A DNA stretch of 59,895 nt from Candidatus Onthousia faecavium (GTDB lineage: Bacteria > Bacillota_I > Bacilli_A > RF39 > UBA660): NCBI GenBank assembly GCA_018711135.1, contig DVIS01000046.1, forward strand, positions 1 through 59,895. Direction: 5' to 3'. The notes under the pieces are model-generated. The model was not told the origin of the DNA. It did not search any database and saw nothing but the letters and a program-made list of their open reading frames with translations. The position numbers and the translations under genes are program-made. Below, piece by piece: positions 44,393 through 53,241 of this stretch (position 1 is its first letter; every line of letters starts with the position of its first letter).

Positions 44393-44740
44393 CTAATCAG
44401 TATTAATTAGTTCATCTATAGTTGTATTTAACCCTTCTTTAATCATAATAAGGATATTATTAAGAGCTCTTTCTTTAGCAATATAATCTTGATAAAGAGT
44501 ATTTTCTTGTAATCTTTCTAATATCTCATTAAGTTCTTCTTCAATAGTTTTATCTAAGTAAGCACTTTTTACATAGTCTTTTTGTAAAGCTTTAACTTTA
44601 TTTATTTCATTAAGTAGTAAAGAATCTTTAGCAACTAAAGCTCTTATCTTAATATAATCTTTATACGTATCACTGTTTTTGATGATATTAACTAAATCAT
44701 AGGCTTTCTTTATAATCTCTTCATTACTTAACATAACCAT
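44393..44740 (-). CDS. YlbF/YmcA (RicA-like) family regulator
   Basis: Helical, 'I..A..L...IK.S..Y..Y'; miaB-ymcA-cotE synteny. Confidence 0.8.
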   Translation of the reverse strand: MVMLSNEEIIKKAYDLVNIIKNSDTYKDYIKIRALVAKDSLLLNEINKVKALQKDYVKSAYLDKTIEEELNEILERLQENTLYQDYIAKERALNNILIMIKEGLNTTIDELINTD

Positions 44741-46133
44741 CTAAACTCCAAGTCTTACTATCTGTAATTAAAACCTCTACTATATCTCCTATTTTAATAT
44801 TATCACCTGTAAAATTAATAAGTTTATTAGTTTCACTATAACCAAAGTATTCATTTTTCTTAGTACTAATACCTTCGACTAAGACTTTTAACTTTTTACC
44901 AACTAGTTTATCATTATTTTCTTTAAAGTATTTATTAACTAAACAATTTAATTCTTGGAGTCTAGCTTCTTTCACCTCTTTACTAACATTATCTTTAAGT
45001 TTAGCAGCAGGAGTTCCTACTCTAGGAGAATAGATAAAGGTAAAGGCATTATCATATTTACATTCTTTAACAAGATCTAGAGTTTCCTTAAAGTCTTCAT
45101 CTGTTTCTCCTGGAAAACCAACGATTATATCGGTAGAAATAGTGCAGTTAGGGATTTGTTCTTTCATTTTATGGAAAAGAGTTAAATAAGTTTCTTTGGT
45201 ATAACGTCTTCCCATAAGTTTTAATATTCTATTACTACCTGATTGAACTGGTAAATGAATACTAGGCATAATATTAGGATATTTAGCGATAACCTCGATC
45301 ATTTTATCGTTAAAGTCCCAAGGATGGCTAGTCATAAATCTAATTCTAGGTATATCAGTTTTAGCAACATCAATAAGTAGTTCAGCAAGAGAATAATCAC
45401 TATATAGATCTTTTCCATAGGCATTAACATTTTGGCCAAGTAAAGTTACCTCAGAGTAGCCTTCTTTAACTAAGTCTTCTACCTCTTTAATAATATCTTC
45501 CTTTTTTCTACTCCGTTGTCTTCCTCTTGTATATGGAACAATACAATAAGTACAGAATTTATCACAGCCATAAATAATATTTACATAAGCTTTATACTTA
45601 CTAGCTCTTACAACAGGAAGACGCTCCACTAAGTCTTGCTCTCTAGAATAGACCTCTATTTGTTGGTTATTGCTTAGTTCTTCTTTCTCTAATATTTCAG
45701 GCAATTCATAAAAGTTATGAGTCCCTATAACAAAATTAACAAAAGGATATTTCTCCATAATAGTCTTAACAACGATCTCTTCTTGAGCCATACACCCACA
45801 TAGGCCTACTTTAATATTAGGTTTATTTTCTTTTAAGTGTTTAACCCGTCCTAAAAGTCCAAAAGCTTTATTATGAGCATTTTCTCTAATAGAGCAAGTA
45901 TTTAAGATAATTAAATTGGCATCATCCATTTTATCAGTAAAAGTAAAACCTAATAGAGTAAGAATTCCCTTGATATTTTCACTATCATGTTCATTCATTT
46001 GACAACCATAAGTACGTAAATAACAGGTTTCTCCTTTATATTTATTAAGATACTTTTCATTTAATCTATAAGTCTTAGTTACATAATCTTTTTTATCACT
46101 ACTACGAGCAACTTTAAAATCAGGCAAATGCAT
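44724..46133 (-). CDS. miaB: tRNA-2-methylthio-N6-dimethylallyladenosine synthase
   Basis: 'TYGCQMNEHDSE', 'NTCSIRE', 'GCDKFCTYCIVPYTRG', TRAM tail. Confidence 0.97.
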   Translation of the reverse strand: MHLPDFKVARSSDKKDYVTKTYRLNEKYLNKYKGETCYLRTYGCQMNEHDSENIKGILTLLGFTFTDKMDDANLIILNTCSIRENAHNKAFGLLGRVKHLKENKPNIKVGLCGCMAQEEIVVKTIMEKYPFVNFVIGTHNFYELPEILEKEELSNNQQIEVYSREQDLVERLPVVRASKYKAYVNIIYGCDKFCTYCIVPYTRGRQRSRKKEDIIKEVEDLVKEGYSEVTLLGQNVNAYGKDLYSDYSLAELLIDVAKTDIPRIRFMTSHPWDFNDKMIEVIAKYPNIMPSIHLPVQSGSNRILKLMGRRYTKETYLTLFHKMKEQIPNCTISTDIIVGFPGETDEDFKETLDLVKECKYDNAFTFIYSPRVGTPAAKLKDNVSKEVKEARLQELNCLVNKYFKENNDKLVGKKLKVLVEGISTKKNEYFGYSETNKLINFTGDNIKIGDIVEVLITDSKTWSLDGYVK

Positions 46134-46369
46134 TTTATCAACTCCTTAAACTTTTAACTGCTAAATATTGTAACATTAATTATTTACAAATTCAATTGGA
46201 TTTACTGATTTACATTTCTATAATATTATCAGTTGATATTGTACTTTCGCAAAATCAAAAAATTGCATTTAGATTTAGATAAAATAAATTAGACATATAC
46301 TTATCATTAACGAATGCAAATTGACTAAACAATGTATAATTTTTCTAAATTTGGAAATATTAAAAATAA

Positions 46370-46411
46370 TTAGCACTCATACTTGACAACTGCTAAAAAT
46401 AGTGCTATAAC
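46370..46411 (+). promoter_or_regulatory. CIRCE element (HrcA operator) overlapping the -35 of the hsp20 promoter
   Basis: TTAGCACTC-N9-AACTGCTAA at 46370-46396 (2 mismatches to consensus); TTGACA(46383)-N17-TATAAC. Confidence 0.75.
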
Positions 46412-46439
46412 ATAATTGTGAAAGGAAAGTGATAAAGAT

Positions 46440-46823
46440 ATGTTACCAAGAAGATTTTATTTTGATAACGCATTAGATCAATTTTTTGATGAAGGAAATA
46501 GTATGAAATGTGATATTTATGAGAAAGATAATACTTATCATGTAGAAATGGATTTACCTGGATTTAAAAAAGATGAGATTAAGATTGAATGTAATAAAGG
46601 TACTTTATCAGTAACTGCTGAAAAAGAAAGTAGTTCTGATGAAAAAGATGATGATAAAAAATACATTCGTCGTGAAAGAACTTATGGTAAATACTCTCGT
46701 AGTTTTTATCTAGGTGATGTTAATGAAGAAGGTATTGAAGCTAAATTCGATAATGGTACATTAACTATTTCTATTCCAAAAATTGATGCGAGTGTAAATA
46801 AAAAATATATTGATATAAAATAA
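46440..46823 (+). CDS. Small heat-shock protein Hsp20
   Basis: 'MKCDIYE...Y.VEMDLPGFKK.EI', 'RERTYG..SRSF', 'A.FDNG.L.I.IPK'. Confidence 0.93.
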   Translation: MLPRRFYFDNALDQFFDEGNSMKCDIYEKDNTYHVEMDLPGFKKDEIKIECNKGTLSVTAEKESSSDEKDDDKKYIRRERTYGKYSRSFYLGDVNEEGIEAKFDNGTLTISIPKIDASVNKKYIDIK

Positions 46824-46830
46824 AAAGCCA

Positions 46831-47232
46831 CTACTGGCTTTTTTCTTTTGAATCTAAAAAATAAATAAAGATAGTATTTAAAATTATTCCTAAGATAACT
46901 AAAGATATAATAATAAAATTAGTTTGGAAATAATCATAATTTAATTCTAAAAAAGGATTACTTGGTTGGTACTCGTTATAATATCTAAAAGTAATAAGAG
47001 CTAGATAAATAGTAAGAGCAATTGATATTAAGTTATAGCTTATTAATTCTTTATAAATCTTTTTTCTTGATAGAATAGTAAAGATATTTATCATAATAAA
47101 AAGAATGGACATTATAAGAAAACTGATACCTACTACATAAGAAGAAAAGATAACATCTAAAAGTAAAGAGATAAGGATGATAAATATTAGAACAGATGAT
47201 AATCTTAAGTAATAGAATATTGACTTAAGCAT
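46831..47232 (-). CDS. Four-TM membrane protein of unknown function
   Basis: Hydrophobic; overlaps the stop of the Clp-like ATPase gene. Confidence 0.7.
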   Translation of the reverse strand: MLKSIFYYLRLSSVLIFIILISLLLDVIFSSYVVGISFLIMSILFIMINIFTILSRKKIYKELISYNLISIALTIYLALITFRYYNEYQPSNPFLELNYDYFQTNFIIISLVILGIILNTIFIYFLDSKEKSQ

Positions 47233-48166
47233 TAGAAAGGCCTTGATCTATACCATCTCTTATCTCATTTTTAAATTCTTCTTTAAATCTAGGTAATTCT
47301 TTTTTTATAACATCAGGATAAACATTTTTTGTATTAGTTATAGCTCTTTCAATATCAAAGATATTAACCTCCGTTCTATTGTTATAAATAGCATAAGAAA
47401 AAGCTTGTTGTAACAAAGTTAAAGTTATATCTGGATATCTTGATCCTATTTCATAAATACGACGATATTCACTTGTTAAATCAGTTAAAAAAGTCATTAT
47501 TTTTTGTTTTACATAGGGATCATATAAAAGTTTTGCTCCTGTTTGTTTTTCTATTTTAGGTAATGTTCCCATACAAATAGCTATAACTTGTTCTTTCGTT
47601 GGTTCACTAACACTAACTCTTTGAAATCTTCTTACAAAGGCTTTATCTCTTAAGATATAACGTTCATATTCATCATCTGTTGTCGCCCCAATTACTTTAA
47701 TATCTCCACGATCTAGTGCTGGTTTAAACATATTAGCAAAATCTAAAGATTCAGAACCACTACCCATTAAAGTATGGATTTCATCAATAAAAAGAATTAG
47801 GTTTGAATAACTCTTTAACTCATCTATAAGTATTTGGATCTTACTTTCTCCTGTATCAGGATCAACTCCTAATAAAGCCGAGGTATTAACTTTTATGATT
47901 TGGTAATTTTTTAAAGCATTAGGGACATTACCAAGTTTAATTCTATAAGCTAGGCCTTCAACAATAGCCGTTTTCCCTACACCTGGTTTACCTGTTAGGA
48001 TAGCTGATTTTTCAGGAGTTAATAGGATTAAGACTAGTTGTTTTATTTCTTCTTCTCTACCTATAGCAGGATTAGTTATATAGTTTTTTTCTGAAAAATT
48101 TTCTCCATAACTTTTTAAAATACTAACTTTACTTTTTCTAATTATTTCATCATTCATTACAATCAT
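47225..48166 (-). CDS. Clp/Hsp100-type AAA+ ATPase, first nucleotide-binding domain only
   Basis: 'PAIGREEEI', 'GKPGVGKTAIVEGLA', 'LFIDEIHTL', 'GATT..EY..YI..D.AF.RRFQ', 'SRYPD'. Confidence 0.8.
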   Translation of the reverse strand: MIVMNDEIIRKSKVSILKSYGENFSEKNYITNPAIGREEEIKQLVLILLTPEKSAILTGKPGVGKTAIVEGLAYRIKLGNVPNALKNYQIIKVNTSALLGVDPDTGESKIQILIDELKSYSNLILFIDEIHTLMGSGSESLDFANMFKPALDRGDIKVIGATTDDEYERYILRDKAFVRRFQRVSVSEPTKEQVIAICMGTLPKIEKQTGAKLLYDPYVKQKIMTFLTDLTSEYRRIYEIGSRYPDITLTLLQQAFSYAIYNNRTEVNIFDIERAITNTKNVYPDVIKKELPRFKEEFKNEIRDGIDQGLSNA

Positions 48167-48224
48167 CCTTTACGATATAAGTATAGCAAAAGAAATAAGA
48201 CAAGACAAGTTTTGTTAGGTATTT

Positions 48225-50236
48225 CCCGAGTTTTTCAATAGGACCAATTTTTCATATATATCAAAGCCTTTTAGTATAAGGCTTTTTCTATGTCAATATT
48301 TTTATATTTTTGTATTGTACAATTTAGTACAATGTGATATTATAGTCTTATAAAGGTAGTGATAATATGTCCTTATTTATTAAAAAATATAAATATCCTA
48401 ATGGTAAAATTTATTGTTCTATTGTTGATGGCTATAGAATTAATAATAAAACCAAACATAAAGTTATCCAAAAATATGGTTATTTTGAAGATATAGAAAA
48501 ATTACATGGCGATGCTAATAAATTTCTTAATGATGAACTTATGAAATTAAAAAAACAATTTGAATCTAAAATTACTACTACATTTGATACAAATTTAGAT
48601 AATGATTTCAATGATGATACTTTTAATATCGGGTATGCTTATTTAAAAAAGATATTTCAAGAGTTAAATATTTCTGATATTCTCAAAGCTAAAAAAGCTT
48701 CTATCAATATTGAATATTCTTTATCTAAAGCTTGTGAATTACTTATTTATTCAAGAATACTTAATCCAGGAAGTATTAAATATACTTATGAACATAAAAA
48801 TCAATTTTTTGAGCCTTTTGATTTAAGCCTTAATGATTTATACCGTTCTTTAAAACCTTTATTAGATTGTAAAGAAGATATTTTTAAATGTATCTGGGAT
48901 AATACTAAGGACAAATATAATCGAGATGCTTCAATTTCTTATTATGACTGTACCAATTACTATTTTGAAATAGAATACGATGATGAAGATATATTAAACG
49001 ACAAAGGAGAAATTATAAAAAAAGGATTAAGAAAAAGAGGGCCTGAAAAAAATCATCGTCCAGATCCTATTGTTGAAATGGGCTTATTACTTGATAAACA
49101 AGGGTTTCCAATGTCATATAATGTTTTCCCAGGAAATACGTCTAAAAAAGAAACTATAATTCCAGAAATAAATAAAGTTAAAAAAAGACATGATATAGAT
49201 AAAATTATAGTAGTCGCAGATAGAGGACTTAACTGTTCTAATAACATGATAAAAATGGCAGGAATAGATTTAGATAAAAAAAACAGAGATGGTTATGTTT
49301 ATGGTCAATCTGTAAGAGGAGCCGATCAAGAATTTAAAGATTGGGTATTATCTGGTGACTATGAAGTTGATACAATTATAGAAGATGATAAAGAAATTAA
49401 ATTCATACATAAATCACGTATTTATCCTAAAAAAATGTATATTACAAGAGTTGATTTAGGTCTAACCAAAAAAGGAAATAAAAAAAGGCAATTAATAACT
49501 GTAGATCAAAAACAAATGGTATATTACTCAAGAAAATATGCTGATAAACAAAAAAGAGATAGACAGGCAGTTATTGAAAAAGCCAAAGATTTAATAAAAA
49601 ATCCCGGTTCATATACTAAGGCAACTTCCTATGGGGCTGCTGGATATATCAATAATATTAAATTTGATAAGGATACTGGTGTTATTTCTAACGGTTCTGA
49701 ACTAACTCTAAACGAAGATAAAATAAAAGAAGATGAAAAATATGATGGTTATTATTCAATAGTTACTTCTGAAGAGAACTTGAGTGATTTAGAACTAAGA
49801 AATATTTATAGAGGTCTTTCTAAAATAGAAGAAACATTTAAAATTACTAAATCAGAATTTAATGCTAGGCCTATTAATGTAAGGCTTGAAGATCATATTG
49901 ATGCACACTTTCTAATATGTTTTATTTCATTAATTATTATAAGAATACTTCAAAAAAAAGTTGATGAAAAATATTCATTAAAAACTTTATTAGAGAAGAT
50001 TAAAAAGTTTCAATGTACACATGAAACTGGCAATCTCTATAAATTTATAGGATATAAGCCAGAGATACAATATTTAAATGAAAAATTAGAATTGAATTTA
50101 GATAAAAAATATGACAAAAGAGAAAATATTAAAAAAATTTTAAAATATTAGGAATAGCGATTATTGTACAACACTCAAAAAAGGGCTCTAGCCCTTTTTT
50201 TATAATGGTTTGCAAAATATTGCTGAAAAACTAAAG
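48225..50236 (+). mobile_element. IS1634-family insertion sequence
   Basis: Imperfect terminal inverted repeats CCCGAGTTTTTCA (48225-) and reverse-complement CTTTAGTTTTTCA (-50236) around the transposase; no clear target duplication seen. Confidence 0.75.
48367..50151 (+). CDS. IS1634-family DDE transposase
   Basis: 'YYDCTNYYFE' (D), 'VVADRGL' (D), 'IEETFK..K' (E), 'HIDAHFLICFISL'; uninterrupted 594-aa frame. Confidence 0.93.
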   Translation: MSLFIKKYKYPNGKIYCSIVDGYRINNKTKHKVIQKYGYFEDIEKLHGDANKFLNDELMKLKKQFESKITTTFDTNLDNDFNDDTFNIGYAYLKKIFQELNISDILKAKKASINIEYSLSKACELLIYSRILNPGSIKYTYEHKNQFFEPFDLSLNDLYRSLKPLLDCKEDIFKCIWDNTKDKYNRDASISYYDCTNYYFEIEYDDEDILNDKGEIIKKGLRKRGPEKNHRPDPIVEMGLLLDKQGFPMSYNVFPGNTSKKETIIPEINKVKKRHDIDKIIVVADRGLNCSNNMIKMAGIDLDKKNRDGYVYGQSVRGADQEFKDWVLSGDYEVDTIIEDDKEIKFIHKSRIYPKKMYITRVDLGLTKKGNKKRQLITVDQKQMVYYSRKYADKQKRDRQAVIEKAKDLIKNPGSYTKATSYGAAGYINNIKFDKDTGVISNGSELTLNEDKIKEDEKYDGYYSIVTSEENLSDLELRNIYRGLSKIEETFKITKSEFNARPINVRLEDHIDAHFLICFISLIIIRILQKKVDEKYSLKTLLEKIKKFQCTHETGNLYKFIGYKPEIQYLNEKLELNLDKKYDKRENIKKILKY

Positions 50237-50264
50237 ATATAGACAAATAAATATGGAAAATTAG

Positions 50265-51731
50265 TTACTGATTATTTTTATACCCAATATCATAGTTACT
50301 AGGTCCAAGAATACATTTACCATCTAGATCAAATTTTGAACCATGACATGGACAATCCCAAGTTTTTTCAACCTCATTAAAGACAAGACTACATTTTAAA
50401 TGGGGACATTTATTGTAAATAATATGTTCTTTACCATCACTATCTTTATAAATAGCAATGTTTTTACCATCTTTCTTTGTAAAATAAGGATTACCTTGAT
50501 AGTAGTCTTTATTTTTATTTATTTTACTACCTACAAAACTATAAATATTACTAAAGATATTTAGAGGATAATTAATTAGTTTTTGGATATTTAATCCTCT
50601 TTTAGGATCAAATAAATCTTGATAAATAGACTCTTTATTACTAAGTAAGTCTTTAATAATTTTACTAGCAATTAAACTATTAGAGTTACCCCAAGTATTA
50701 TAACCTGTCGCTAATATTAAATTATCATCGATAAAACCTATTAAAGGTAAATGATCTAGAGTCATTAAATCATGATTACTCCAAAGATAAGTGATATCTT
50801 GTATCTTAGTATTTTCTTTTAGATCATTAACCATCTTTATATCATCACTACCAAAGGCAAGGTTTTTAGAGGAAGAAACTGTTAAGTGATAATCTTTATA
50901 ATAACGCATAGAGTTTAAAGGCTTTTCAATATTAATGGCATTAAAACTATAAGTATCCTCTGTTTTAGAACAAGCGAGATATGACTTTTCTAAATAACAT
51001 TTTAAAGGCATTAAGTAAGGAAAAAGAAAATACGGATAATGAAGAGCTAGAACGATTTGTTTAGTTTTAATAATATTAGTATCAGTATAACATTTAAAGT
51101 AATTATCTTCTTTTTCTATTTTTGTAATCTTAGTATTTTCATAAACTAAATGATTAGGAGTAAGAGACTTTTTAATAATATTTTTAACAAACTTTAAGGG
51201 ATGAAAAATATAAGTATTATTAACAGTGAAACCTGATTCTACTTTAAGACCATTAGGTAAGTTTGTTATATCTAAAACTTTCTCACCAAAGGAAACTAAG
51301 AGTCTTTTTTCTTCTTCAATTCTTTTAATATTGGCTTTATTCATAGTATATAAAATAGAATCACTTACTTTTAAGTCACAAGAGATATTTTCTTCTTTAA
51401 CAATATCTTTCAATATTCCTAAAGCTTCTTTTTGACTCTTATAATATAAAGATGTTTTTCTTAGACCAAAAATATTATTTAATTTCGTATAGATATCTTC
51501 TTGAAGAAATGTTACTTTAGCACTACTCCTACTAGTAGCACCATTACCTATTTTATTTTTTTCAACTAAAGCGATTTTTCTTTTGTCATCTTTAAATTGA
51601 TAAAAGGTACTACAACCTGTAATACCTCCACCTATTATTAAAATATCTAAATTCAAATTCTCTTCTAACCTAGGATAACTATAATTATTATTATAATCTT
51701 GCCAAATAGACATATTCTTCATTTCTATCAC
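50265..51731 (-). CDS. FAD-dependent oxidoreductase with C-terminal Rieske domain (YhfW-like)
   Basis: 'IIGGGITG', 'GATSRSSAK', 'CPHLKCSL....EKTWDCPCHGSKF'; SigF/G-like -10 GGCATACTA at 51739-51747. Confidence 0.88.
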   Translation of the reverse strand: MIEMKNMSIWQDYNNNYSYPRLEENLNLDILIIGGGITGCSTFYQFKDDKRKIALVEKNKIGNGATSRSSAKVTFLQEDIYTKLNNIFGLRKTSLYYKSQKEALGILKDIVKEENISCDLKVSDSILYTMNKANIKRIEEEKRLLVSFGEKVLDITNLPNGLKVESGFTVNNTYIFHPLKFVKNIIKKSLTPNHLVYENTKITKIEKEDNYFKCYTDTNIIKTKQIVLALHYPYFLFPYLMPLKCYLEKSYLACSKTEDTYSFNAINIEKPLNSMRYYKDYHLTVSSSKNLAFGSDDIKMVNDLKENTKIQDITYLWSNHDLMTLDHLPLIGFIDDNLILATGYNTWGNSNSLIASKIIKDLLSNKESIYQDLFDPKRGLNIQKLINYPLNIFSNIYSFVGSKINKNKDYYQGNPYFTKKDGKNIAIYKDSDGKEHIIYNKCPHLKCSLVFNEVEKTWDCPCHGSKFDLDGKCILGPSNYDIGYKNNQ

Positions 51732-51761
51732 CTAGTATTAGTATGCCTATTTTCAATTATT

Positions 51762-52352
51762 TTAGTCATAAATACTATCTACATCATAACTAATTATCGT
51801 TCCTGTTGCAGCATCTATTTTATAATCATATTCATAATTATTGTAAATAAAGTCTACCTCATATACTAAAGTGTTATTTTCATAATCGCGTTCAGTCCTT
51901 AAATGGGTAATGCTATTGATATTAGTACTAGCATGATTTAAAGCGATATCTCTAGCTTCATCCATAGTTATAGTAGTTGTATTACTATTAGAAGCATTTT
52001 CATTATTAGTAGATTCGTTAGTATTAGAATTATTATTATCTATAATACTATTAGTAAAATATTTAAAATCAGTATAAATAATTCTTCCACCTTCAGTAGC
52101 ACTTTTAGCATCTATCTTATATTCATAATCATCATTATGATAATACACCTCTACCTCATAAATACCTTTATCAAGTTCTAAATCAATACTTTCAAAATAT
52201 AAATCATTAACATTAACATTCATATTTGCAGCGATAATATCTTTTACCTCACTTTTACTAATAAATGCTACTTTTAAGTAGATTAAAAAGATTAAAGCTA
52301 GTATTAAAAGTACTCCTATAACAATAATAATTATCTTTTTAGTATTTTTCAT
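51762..52352 (-). CDS. PepSY-domain protein (two repeats)
   Basis: N-terminal TM; 'YEVE......EY.IDA..G.I' twice with an Asn-rich linker. Start moved from 52388 to 52352. Confidence 0.85.
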   Translation of the reverse strand: MKNTKKIIIIVIGVLLILALIFLIYLKVAFISKSEVKDIIAANMNVNVNDLYFESIDLELDKGIYEVEVYYHNDDYEYKIDAKSATEGGRIIYTDFKYFTNSIIDNNNSNTNESTNNENASNSNTTTITMDEARDIALNHASTNINSITHLRTERDYENNTLVYEVDFIYNNYEYDYKIDAATGTIISYDVDSIYD

Positions 52353-52353
52353 T

Positions 52354-53232
52354 TTATTTATCCTCCTTATAATTATTTTTAGCATCATCTATATCACTTT
52401 TCTTTAGTTTAAGTGTCTCTTCAATAACACCTGTAGCATTTAAACACATCCCTAAAGTAAAGATATAAGCTAAAATATAAACCCAGATAAGTAGAACTAA
52501 GATGTTTGACATAGCTCCATAAAAGACATTGTAGTTAGCAAAATAATCAACGTAGAAAGCATAGATTTTAGAGCTTAGTAACCACATAATAGTAGTAAAT
52601 AATGCACCTGGAATAGTACTTTTACTACTTATTTTAGTATCAGGAGCAATAGTGTATAACAGTTTTATATTATAGTAGATTAAGAGTAAGGAAATAGGAT
52701 ATTTTATAATATGATATATTCCTTCAATGATGGCAGTTATACTTTCATTATCAATAGAGGTAGTAATAAACGTTACTAAGACATCACCAAAAGCTGGGAC
52801 TAGTACGAGAAATAAAAGTAAGGTAACTAAGATAAAAGTCATTAAGATAGCTTTGGCACGTCTTTTAATTTCATTACCCTCTTTAACTTTATAGATTTCA
52901 TCAGAGGTTGTAATAATAGAATAAGTACCATTACTTGCTAAGATAAAAGCAGCGACAAAGAAGACAATGGCATTAAAGTTTAAGAAATCTTGTTCTGCTA
53001 CTGGTATTAAATAACTAAGAACATTACTCGGAATAACAGATTCTAAAAGATCTTTAATAGAGGCAGTAGGAAACCCAAACTCACTACCTATTGCCCCTAC
53101 TAAAGTCATTAAAGGAATAATTGAAATAACAAGAAAAAAAGCAAGCTGACCAGGTAAAATCCGCATTTCTGGTAATCTAATTATGGAAATGACTTTTCTT
53201 AAAAAGATTTTTAATCGCTTACTTTTCTTCAT
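52354..53232 (-). CDS. YihY/virulence factor BrkB family membrane protein
   Basis: 'QLAFFLVISIIP', 'PGALFTT..W', 'YG....ILVLLIW.Y'. Confidence 0.9.
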   Translation of the reverse strand: MKKSKRLKIFLRKVISIIRLPEMRILPGQLAFFLVISIIPLMTLVGAIGSEFGFPTASIKDLLESVIPSNVLSYLIPVAEQDFLNFNAIVFFVAAFILASNGTYSIITTSDEIYKVKEGNEIKRRAKAILMTFILVTLLLFLVLVPAFGDVLVTFITTSIDNESITAIIEGIYHIIKYPISLLLIYYNIKLLYTIAPDTKISSKSTIPGALFTTIMWLLSSKIYAFYVDYFANYNVFYGAMSNILVLLIWVYILAYIFTLGMCLNATGVIEETLKLKKSDIDDAKNNYKEDK

Positions 53233-53241
53233 CTTTATCCC

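Noticed and set aside
46134-46365. Long AT-rich intergenic region between miaB and hsp20, considered as an sRNA or riboswitch
   Set aside because: Only weak AT-rich pairings, with no terminator or recognisable motif; explained by divergent promoters.
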